From: an uncultured Spirochaetota bacterium
GTDB taxonomy: Bacteria > Spirochaetota > UBA4802 > UBA5550
DNA length: 64,000 bases
Assembly: GCA_963827275.1 (NCBI GenBank)
Contig: CAWHAA010000007.1
Span: forward strand, 277,020-341,019
Reading direction: 5' to 3'
Shown here: positions 20,593-28,620 of the stretch, piece by piece
Layout of the letters: every line of letters begins with the position of its first letter
Numbering within the stretch: the first letter of the stretch is position 1
Program-made: the position numbers and the translations under genes
Notes under the pieces: generated by a model
Databases searched by the model: none
What the model was told of the DNA's origin: nothing
Seen by the model: only the letters and a program-made list of their open reading frames with translations

Positions 20593-22344
20593 ATGTCGAA
20601 AAAAAAGGATACATCACGTCTGACTGAATTCGGGCTTGTCAGAAAGATCGGCGCAATTGACAACCCGATACTCCGTCATTTCATAAAAAAACACGGCCTG
20701 GATGACCAGGACTCCCTTCTGCTCGGGGTCATACTGGACCTGACGGACCAGATGAAGACTCCCATCAAGACGACGTACCGCGCCCTGGCCGATACGGCAG
20801 GTCTTACGCCGATGCAGGTGTACCGCGGGATCGGCTCGCTGCACCGCCACCGCATCATCGAGTACAAGCCCACGGGCGATTACGTGCATGTCTCTTTCCA
20901 CGAGATCGACGAGTCGATCGAGGAGATCACACTCGCACACGCAAACGCGCGGAAGATAAAGAAGATCGAGGACTACCTGTCGTTTGTCAAAGCGCAGAAC
21001 TACGTGCCGTCCGCCGAGCTGTTCGACCTGATATATCCCGTAGTCGGCAGGCTGATCGCGGCAAAAATAGCGGAAGCGTTCCGCGCCATGGTCAACTACG
21101 TCAATGACCGGCTTGAATCATCGTTGAGCCTGGCCATGTGGCGCTACCGCTTCAAGAGCGTCCGCAGCGGTGTGCCGCTGGCCGAGATCATCATGCGGGA
21201 ATCACTTCCATACTTTATCGACGAGATATTCCTTATCACGAAAAAATCGTCTATCCTTGTCGGCCACGCGTCGAGGACTGAAGAAAAGTCCGTGGACAGG
21301 GACCTTGTCGCCGGCATGCTGTCGGCGATAAATGATTTTCTGAAGACCTCATTTAAAAACGGCGCGTCAGGCGCGAACGAGATACAGTTCGGCGATTACC
21401 GCATCATGATATACGAAAGCGCGCATTTTTACGCGGCGGTGGTGGCATACGGCTCCCCGTCGCTGGACCTTGTCGGCGCGGTGAACAATGTCATGGACGA
21501 AATTCACGTGAAGTACCGCGCCGTGCTGAAGAATTTCGACGGCGACATGTCAAAGGTCGATGGTATAGACCAGCCTCTCCGCCACCTGATAGCGGAGGCC
21601 AACAGGGCCGCAACACCGCAGGGCGGCGGTTCGTTGATCAAGGTGAAGGTCGCGGGCGCCCTTGTCGCGGCGGTCTGTATTGCCGGTTCGGCCTGGTGGA
21701 CCTATGCTTCAATCAGGGACTGGCGGCTTGAAAAGAGAATTAACGACCGCATTGAACAGAACATGCCTCCTTTCTCGCATGATGCCGAGGTTTCCGTCAG
21801 CGGCGGCACCGCCGTCATACGGGGCTTCGTGAGCTCGCGTCAGGCCGGTGAGGCGCTGGCGAAAGAGGCCGGGGCGTTTGAAGAGATCAGCGTGGTGCGC
21901 AACCGGACCATCGCTGCCGATTACCGGTCGGTGGAGACCTATTCGAAAGACCTTGACGGGCTCCGCGCGGGGCTTGAATCTTTCAGGCTCATCGCGGTGC
22001 GGCAGGACCTGGAAAAAATCATTGTCCAGTTCCCCGCCGGAGCAACCGCAATGGGGAACCCCCAGGCGCTGCAGGTGAAGCGGGCCGTTGAAATATTGAA
22101 GCACTATCCGCTGGTGCATGTGGACATAGTCGCCTTTAACGACCCCGACGGCGGGTACGAGCTGAACCGGGGCCTGGCGGAAAAGCGCATGAAGGCGGTG
22201 CGCGACTCGCTGGCGTCGATGGGTATTGCCCCCGGGAGGCTTCACCTTCTTGATTTTGATCCGGACATCCTCTCGTCCGACTCCCGGTTTGCTGAGTACC
22301 GGGACCGCAGGGGTATAATGCTGTTCGCCAGGTATGCTGAATAA
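20593..22344 (+). CDS. Membrane protein: winged-HTH, conserved helical region, longin/roadblock-like domain, TM helix, BON and OmpA-like domains
   Basis: 'TTYRALADTAGLTPMQVYRGIGSL' (wHTH); 'EIFLI...DRDLVAGMLSAINDF...EIQFGDYRIMI...YAAVV'; TM 'VAGALVAAVCIAGSAWW'; BON 'VSVSGGTAVIRGFV'; OmpA 'NRGLAEKRMKAVRDSLASMGIAPGRL'. Confidence 0.75.
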   Translation: MSKKKDTSRLTEFGLVRKIGAIDNPILRHFIKKHGLDDQDSLLLGVILDLTDQMKTPIKTTYRALADTAGLTPMQVYRGIGSLHRHRIIEYKPTGDYVHVSFHEIDESIEEITLAHANARKIKKIEDYLSFVKAQNYVPSAELFDLIYPVVGRLIAAKIAEAFRAMVNYVNDRLESSLSLAMWRYRFKSVRSGVPLAEIIMRESLPYFIDEIFLITKKSSILVGHASRTEEKSVDRDLVAGMLSAINDFLKTSFKNGASGANEIQFGDYRIMIYESAHFYAAVVAYGSPSLDLVGAVNNVMDEIHVKYRAVLKNFDGDMSKVDGIDQPLRHLIAEANRAATPQGGGSLIKVKVAGALVAAVCIAGSAWWTYASIRDWRLEKRINDRIEQNMPPFSHDAEVSVSGGTAVIRGFVSSRQAGEALAKEAGAFEEISVVRNRTIAADYRSVETYSKDLDGLRAGLESFRLIAVRQDLEKIIVQFPAGATAMGNPQALQVKRAVEILKHYPLVHVDIVAFNDPDGGYELNRGLAEKRMKAVRDSLASMGIAPGRLHLLDFDPDILSSDSRFAEYRDRRGIMLFARYAE

Positions 22345-22903
22345 AAAGGAAAGCGGGGTTCAAGGAATGAGCATGGGCGCATACAAATACAAAATTGTCA
22401 TGCTGGGCGAGTTTGCCGTGGGAAAGACGAGCCTCGTCAAGCGGTTTGTCCATAACGTGTTCGACGATCTCTATCTCACGACCATCGGCGTCCGGGTCAT
22501 GAAAAAGGACGTGGTTATCAGCGGTCCGCCGGATGCGCGGGTTACCCTTCTCCTCTGGGACATCGGCGGGCTCCAGGATTTTGAAACGCTTATGCCGCAG
22601 TACCTGCAGGGAGCGAGCGGGGCCATCATAGTCGCCGACCTCACGCGGGTCAAGACGATCACGCTGCTCGAGTGGTATGCCGAGCAATTCAGGAGGACAA
22701 ATCCGGACAGCGCCATCGCTGTCGCCTTTAACAAGGATGACATGTTCCATTACGAGAAGGCGTCAGCGGAGGTGAAAGGCCTTGTCGAATCCTGCGGGCA
22801 ACAGTACGGCGATGCCGTGTTTCGTACGAGCGCCAAGACCGGGTTGAATGTGGAGAAGTTGTTCGGCTGGCTGGCCGGGGTCATCCGCGGCGGCCGATCA
22901 TGA
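22334..22903 (+). CDS. Rab-like small GTPase (prokaryotic Ras superfamily, Rup type); true start may be 22367 or 22373
   Basis: G1 GEFAVGKT, G2 YLTTIGV, G3 LWDIGG, 'YLQGASGAIIVADLT', G4 NKDD, G5 TSAKTG. Confidence 0.92.
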   Translation: MLNKKESGVQGMSMGAYKYKIVMLGEFAVGKTSLVKRFVHNVFDDLYLTTIGVRVMKKDVVISGPPDARVTLLLWDIGGLQDFETLMPQYLQGASGAIIVADLTRVKTITLLEWYAEQFRRTNPDSAIAVAFNKDDMFHYEKASAEVKGLVESCGQQYGDAVFRTSAKTGLNVEKLFGWLAGVIRGGRS

Positions 22904-24441
22904 TGAAGGGAGTGGAATCGGTACTCGGGAAAGGCTTCGGCATATATTTCGCCTTCGTCGATCCCTCGTTCATGCTGATTTTTTCGGATGATTCCATCTG
23001 CAAATACCTCGGCACGGGCGACATCCCCGGGCCAGTCCGCCTTGAAGAAGTCTTTCCGGAAATAGTCGGCCTCGAGGACGAGATCGGCAGGGTCATTTCC
23101 GGCGGGAAATCCCGGTTCACCATCAACACGATCACCCGCTTCCCTGAGAGGGACATATATTTCAATCTCAATTTTGTCAGTCCCGGACCGGGTGAAAACG
23201 GGTGTCTCCTCGTCCTCGAGGACGTGACCCTGGCCAGCATCTCCCTGCGCAATGTACAGCAGAAAAGGAATGAGCTGCTGCTGAAGAACCAGGAGCTCAT
23301 TCAGCGCGAAGAATTTATCCGCACCCTCCTCAACACCATACCGAACCCGATCTATTACAAGGACATGGAGGGGAGATATATCGGCTGCAACAGGGCGTTC
23401 AGTGAGCTCGCCGGCAGGCCGGAGGACCATATCATCGGTATGACCGCGACGGACATCTGGGGGCCCGAACGGGCCTCGCTTCTTGACGCAATGGACGGCA
23501 GGCTGCTTGAGCAAAAAGGGGGCCAGGCGTTCGAAACCTCCATCACCGACCTCGGGGGGGCGTTGCGTCACGTGGTGGTCAACAAAGCGCTGTTTTCGGG
23601 TGCGGACGGGGGCCCGGCGGGCATAGTCGGCGTCTTCAATGACATCACCGCGCTGAGAAAGGTCATGGAAGACCTGGCGAGGAGCGAGCATGAGCTCCAG
23701 AAGCGGAACAGGGCGATGGAGCGGAGCCTTGTCATGGCGCGCAGGACCATGGCCGCCATCATGCAGGAAAAAATGCCGTCGTCGGAACACCTTGATATAC
23801 ATTGCCGGTTCCTGCCGCTCGAGGGCATAGGCGGGGATTATTGCAGCGTCACCGTGACCGGCGATTCAACGTCGGTTTTCATATGTGATATTTCGGGACA
23901 CGGGATAACCGCCGCCCTGTTCATCATGATGATAAAATATATTTCTGAACGCCTCATGGAAGTGTACGGGGGCGACCCGGCGGAATTCCTGGCAAAGCTC
24001 AACAGCGAGGTGAACTCGTACGGCCATTCGTATTACGTCACCGGACAGTACGGTATCTTTACGTTAGGCGCCAAAAAAAAGTTTGTCTATTCGAGCGGCG
24101 GGCATCCCAGGCCGGTACTGGTGAAACGCGGCGGCACGGCATCATTTCTGGATTGCACGGGCAAAGCGATAGGGATAATAAGGGACAGCAGCTTTGAGCG
24201 CATGGAGGTGGAACTGGAAACCGGGGACATGCTTTTTTTCTACACTGACGGGATTCCTGAAGCCAGGAACCATGCGGACGAAGCCATGGGGTTCGACAAT
24301 ACGCTGCTTCAGCTGTTTTCCCGTTCCATCAGGCGGACACTCCCGGAAACGATGGACGCGGTGATAGACGAGGTCAATGCCTATTGCGGCGGTATTGAAT
24401 TCAATGATGATGTGCTCCTGCTCGGGTTTGAGGTGTTATAA
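22900..24441 (+). CDS. PAS-like + PAS + SpoIIE/PP2C serine phosphatase
   Basis: PAS 'IPNPIYYKDMEGRYIGCNRAF...DIT'; PP2C 'IGGDY', 'DISGHG', 'GH', 'YTDGI', 'DDV'; ATGA overlap with the GTPase stop. Confidence 0.9.
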   Translation: MMKGVESVLGKGFGIYFAFVDPSFMLIFSDDSICKYLGTGDIPGPVRLEEVFPEIVGLEDEIGRVISGGKSRFTINTITRFPERDIYFNLNFVSPGPGENGCLLVLEDVTLASISLRNVQQKRNELLLKNQELIQREEFIRTLLNTIPNPIYYKDMEGRYIGCNRAFSELAGRPEDHIIGMTATDIWGPERASLLDAMDGRLLEQKGGQAFETSITDLGGALRHVVVNKALFSGADGGPAGIVGVFNDITALRKVMEDLARSEHELQKRNRAMERSLVMARRTMAAIMQEKMPSSEHLDIHCRFLPLEGIGGDYCSVTVTGDSTSVFICDISGHGITAALFIMMIKYISERLMEVYGGDPAEFLAKLNSEVNSYGHSYYVTGQYGIFTLGAKKKFVYSSGGHPRPVLVKRGGTASFLDCTGKAIGIIRDSSFERMEVELETGDMLFFYTDGIPEARNHADEAMGFDNTLLQLFSRSIRRTLPETMDAVIDEVNAYCGGIEFNDDVLLLGFEVL

Positions 24442-24461
24442 TTTTGATGGAACAATAACGT

Positions 24462-25733
24462 ATGGTACACACGTTTACAAGGGAAATGACGCTCCCGGGG
24501 CGTTTCGCCTTCGGCAAGACGGGCCTGGTCATGCTGGCGTTCATGTTTTGCGCCCTGCATTGCGATTCCGGCAGGCAGCTCAGGGAAAAAGATGAGCTGG
24601 GCATGCATATCCGGAGCGCGGTTGACAATAATGTCCCCGTCGCCGTACGGGACGCGCTCGATGAAGGCTTTAACGCAGACCATGTCTTCACAGATGGGTG
24701 GAGGCTCCTGCATGTGGCGGCGAAATGGGACGAGGGGAGGGTGCTGCGCCTCTGCTTTGATGCGGGGAGCGGAATAACAACCGCCGGCGTCAGTGCGGCG
24801 CGCAATACCGGCAGTGTCAGAGAGCGGTCAGGGGAAATTGTCTCTCTCCTGATCGGGAAACGGGCTGACGTAAATGGCAAGACGGCAGAGGGGGCGACCC
24901 CGCTGCATATTGCGGTTGCATCGCTCAAGCGCGATGTAACAGATTTCCCCTCTATTTCTCCCGTGGAGGGCAGGATTTCGTCACGCTTCGGGTGGCGCGG
25001 CTCCCCGTTTGACAACAACAGCGATTATCACCGCGGCCTGGACATAAGCGCCAGGAACGGCACCCCGGTCCGCGCCGCCGCGGACGGCATTGTTGCCATG
25101 ACCGGCATGAACGATACGGCCGGGAATTATATCGTATTACAGCACCGCGAGGGGGTCCAGTCGCTATACGGGCACTGCCATCTTTTCGCGGTGCGGAAGA
25201 ACGCCCGCGTCAGGCGGGGCGCCATTATCGGGTATGTCGGGAGCTCCGGCGCGGTAAGCGGCGACCACTGCCACTACGAGGTGCGTGTCAACGGCGCGCC
25301 CGTTGATCCTCTCGCATATATCAATCAGAAAGAACGATGCGATGTCCAGCACGGGATTGTGAGCGCCCTGGTCGGGGCGCTGCTGTCGCATAAAGCGGCG
25401 GTCAACGCGAGGGACGGCGACGGCAGGACGGCGCTCATCGAGTGCGCCGGCAAAAGCGACGCTATCTCCCGCCTCCTGGTCGAGCATGGCGCCGACATCA
25501 ACGCGCAGGACGACAGCGGCATTTCGCCCCTTCATGAGGCAGCCGCGTTTGACGAGGGGCTGGTCCGCTATCTCATCGAGAAGGGCGCCCGCGCCACTGC
25601 CAGGACAAGCTGCGAATATTGCGCCATCGGCGGCCAGATCTATCGCTCCAGCACCAGCCCGCTTACCGTTGCACTGAAGAGCGGCAACACTGCGATCGCT
25701 GAGTTGTTGAAGCGCAATGGTGCAGTAGAATAG
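24462..25733 (+). CDS. Ankyrin-repeat (lipo)protein with an inserted M23 peptidase domain
   Basis: Ankyrin motifs 'GATPLHIAV', 'GISPLHEAA'; M23 'HRGLD', 'YGH', 'HCHYEV'; possible lipobox ALH-C. Confidence 0.85.
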   Translation: MVHTFTREMTLPGRFAFGKTGLVMLAFMFCALHCDSGRQLREKDELGMHIRSAVDNNVPVAVRDALDEGFNADHVFTDGWRLLHVAAKWDEGRVLRLCFDAGSGITTAGVSAARNTGSVRERSGEIVSLLIGKRADVNGKTAEGATPLHIAVASLKRDVTDFPSISPVEGRISSRFGWRGSPFDNNSDYHRGLDISARNGTPVRAAADGIVAMTGMNDTAGNYIVLQHREGVQSLYGHCHLFAVRKNARVRRGAIIGYVGSSGAVSGDHCHYEVRVNGAPVDPLAYINQKERCDVQHGIVSALVGALLSHKAAVNARDGDGRTALIECAGKSDAISRLLVEHGADINAQDDSGISPLHEAAAFDEGLVRYLIEKGARATARTSCEYCAIGGQIYRSSTSPLTVALKSGNTAIAELLKRNGAVE

Positions 25734-25970
25734 CTCCAGCCCTCCCTTCCCCGGGATAATAATCCTGGTAACCACCCGATTTTCTTTTGTACACATTCAG
25801 ACAGGGACATTTTAAAAACGACATTTTATTAAAATATGTCGGAAATAACCCCGCAATGTTTTTATGGTTTTTATTTGAACATATACAATTTTTAGTAAAT
25901 TATATATATCTCATGATTCGACATTAACTATAGGGATAACTATAGTGTTTTACTATATAGTTGAAATGTA

Positions 25971-28211
25971 ATGCCGGGAACCAACATGACAGCATCGAAA
26001 GATATTAAGAAGAAGCTTTTCATAAAGCTGTATTCAGAGAGCGATTCCAGGCTCCTGGTGCCGGGCAGTGAACGTGCCATGGAGCTGATACAGAATATCC
26101 AGCGTGATGACATCAGGAAAATATATGTCATTGCTTCAAGCCAGTCAATATCCCTGCCGTACCTGCACCTTTTTAAAAAGCAGATCCCCTGGCTCATGAC
26201 ACGGGAACTGCTCCTGGAGAAGGTAGAGCGCCGGGACATATATACGATAAAGTCGATTATTGACGACATCAATGCATCCATCAAGACAGACCTGGGATGC
26301 GAGATCATTTTGTTCAACGGGAGCATTGCCGGTGTTATCCTGGCATGCTTCTACGTGAACGCGGGCAAGGACCCCGCGCGTGCAATCGAGCAGGTCAGGA
26401 GGACCATGCCGAACGTTCTCCTCTCGGGAAACGACATTTCATTCATCAACGAATTCGGCACGTTCGTCACTGAAGCCCCCGCCGCATCACCGGGACTTCG
26501 CGCCGCGGCGGGGCCGCGTCCAGCCGGGACAGTTGCGGCGCCGATACCGGTGAAAGGGGCGGTCCGGGAGCGTGAGAGCGGCGAGGTAGATGAGTTCGAT
26601 TCGTTCCGGCGCCTCATCGACCGGCCGGAGCCGGCGGGCATGCTGATCCGTTTCAGGATCGCGACAAAGATTGTCGCACTGGTGGCGCTCCTCATCATGG
26701 TTTCACTGTCGTTGATGATCTTCCTCGGGACCGCCTCGTTCAAGCAGGACAGCCGGTCAAGGGTAAACGACACCAACGCCATGACGGCCCGGTTGATCGG
26801 CGAGAGGCTGCAGGATGAGATCGCCTCTTCCATTGACAGGGCCCGCATCGCCGCGGAGATTTCCTCGGCCGGCCGGTCGTCCGGCAGCAGCGGGGACGTA
26901 ATAAAAAGCATGCTGTTCGGTGACAGGGGCAATTTCATCTTCCTTGGCATAGCCGGAAGGGAGGGAAGTGAGTTCACGTTCAAAAAGGCTTTTTATAATG
27001 AAGAGTATATCGATAATAACCAGGTCTCCAAAGAGGCAATCCGGGCCCTGAACAGGAAAAATGCCGCGCATTTCACGCAATCATTTGATAAAAAGATAGT
27101 CATACGCAACGTGTCGCCCGACGCGGGGACCCCGCTCCTGGGAATAAGTTTTCCGTACCGGGAAAAGGGCGGTGCGGTGACGGCTGTAATCGTGTGCCAT
27201 GTCCCGCTTGACCGTTTCATGGAAGCGTCGAGGATCTCCGGACCGGCGCGGACCTTCATGGTTAACGACAGCGGCGATTGCGTTGTTGACCCCGAGCGGA
27301 ACAGGGTCCTTTCGAGGATGAACATGGCCGATGTCCCGATAGTCAAAAAGATGCTGCTCAGCACCGCGGGCAGCGGGACGATGCGCTACCGGGACAGAGA
27401 GGGCCTGTATCACCTGGGGTCCTACAACAAGCTTGATATGTTCGGCCTGGGCGTTGTCGTCACCGCGGCGGAAGGCCCGGTGCTGCGCGGCGTGTACGAT
27501 ATCCAGAGGAGGAACTTCATCATCCTGGCGATCGTCCTGGTCGCAGCGGTGCTTGGCGCGTTTATATTCTCCAAGACGCTGTCGGCCCCCATCGACGAGC
27601 TGAACCGGCTTGCGGTTGCGGCGCCCCCGGGGGCGCTGAAGCTTTCCGCCCCCGCTGAAGGCGATGAGATATTTTACCTGACGCACTCCTTCCGGGAAGT
27701 GCTCCGCTCATATCTCGATTCGCAGGCGCGGCCCGCTGATTACCGGCGGGCCGAACAGCCCGCTGCCGGTGAAACGGCTGGCGGCGCGGGGATGGCTGAG
27801 CCGGGACCCGCGCGTGACGCGATGACCCAGCATTTCAGCACCGAAGGCCTGAAGATCCAGGTCACCTATGACGGCCCGGAAGTCTCCATGATCTGGATGG
27901 GGAGGGGGAACATGGGGAACCCCGGCGAGCTGCTCAATCCCTATCTTGAAGGGATCATAAACTCCATGCGGGGAAGGGAGCTCACCTGCGATTTTTCCTC
28001 GCTCGAGACGATGAATGCCCAGATCGTCCAGTCCATCATCAAGTTCGCGCATATAGTGGATGAAAACCGCATACGGGCCAGATTCGTCTATAACAAGTCG
28101 ATCGACTGGCAGGACGCTTCGTTTGAGGCGCTGAGCGCTGTCGTGAGCGAGATGGATACAATATCCCTTGACGGCAGAATGCTGGAAAAGAACATGTTTA
28201 TTTTGCAGTAA
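25971..28211 (+). CDS. Membrane sensor: degenerate protein-tyrosine-phosphatase-like N-domain, TM, Cache, TM, HAMP-like linker and SiaC/STAS-like C-domain
   Basis: Two TM helices flank a Cache-like region ('FMVNDSGDCVVDP', 'LGSYNKL'). N-terminal 'AGVILACFYV..G.DPARAIEQVRR..P'; C-terminal 'DFSSLETMNAQ...YNKSIDWQ'. Confidence 0.65.
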   Translation: MPGTNMTASKDIKKKLFIKLYSESDSRLLVPGSERAMELIQNIQRDDIRKIYVIASSQSISLPYLHLFKKQIPWLMTRELLLEKVERRDIYTIKSIIDDINASIKTDLGCEIILFNGSIAGVILACFYVNAGKDPARAIEQVRRTMPNVLLSGNDISFINEFGTFVTEAPAASPGLRAAAGPRPAGTVAAPIPVKGAVRERESGEVDEFDSFRRLIDRPEPAGMLIRFRIATKIVALVALLIMVSLSLMIFLGTASFKQDSRSRVNDTNAMTARLIGERLQDEIASSIDRARIAAEISSAGRSSGSSGDVIKSMLFGDRGNFIFLGIAGREGSEFTFKKAFYNEEYIDNNQVSKEAIRALNRKNAAHFTQSFDKKIVIRNVSPDAGTPLLGISFPYREKGGAVTAVIVCHVPLDRFMEASRISGPARTFMVNDSGDCVVDPERNRVLSRMNMADVPIVKKMLLSTAGSGTMRYRDREGLYHLGSYNKLDMFGLGVVVTAAEGPVLRGVYDIQRRNFIILAIVLVAAVLGAFIFSKTLSAPIDELNRLAVAAPPGALKLSAPAEGDEIFYLTHSFREVLRSYLDSQARPADYRRAEQPAAGETAGGAGMAEPGPARDAMTQHFSTEGLKIQVTYDGPEVSMIWMGRGNMGNPGELLNPYLEGIINSMRGRELTCDFSSLETMNAQIVQSIIKFAHIVDENRIRARFVYNKSIDWQDASFEALSAVVSEMDTISLDGRMLEKNMFILQ

Positions 28212-28233
28212 CCGGGAAAGGTGAACCATCGGT

Positions 28234-28620
28234 ATGAATTTGTATGCGAGATTACATAAATGGGAAAAGGCATTGTTAGTGGTATGCCTTGTTCTGTTTT
28301 TTTCACTCGTGACCCTGCTGTATTTTGATTTAAAGAAAGATTGTGAAAGGTCTGCGCGCGAGCTCGGGATTATCGGTAAAGTCATTTTTATTGAAAATGA
28401 TGTCAGCCGTAAATACTCTCATGCCACTGCCGGGGCAGGATTGCAGCAGGGGAGCGACATACTGTACAACGACAGCATCACAACCGGCCTAGATTCTTCA
28501 GCCGGTATCGCGCTGAAGGACGACACACTGATCGAGTTGTGTGAGGATTCAATTGTGACATTCGGCCTGTCAGGCAACGAGATACTGGTGAATCTTGAAA
28601 AGGGATGCGCGGGCGTAAAT
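28234..28620 (+). CDS. N-terminal fragment of a FecR-domain membrane protein, cut at the junction
   Basis: TM helix, then 'DSITTGLDSSAGIALKDDTLIELCEDS...VNLEKG' (first half of FecR); the 'VRGT' half is missing. Confidence 0.65.
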
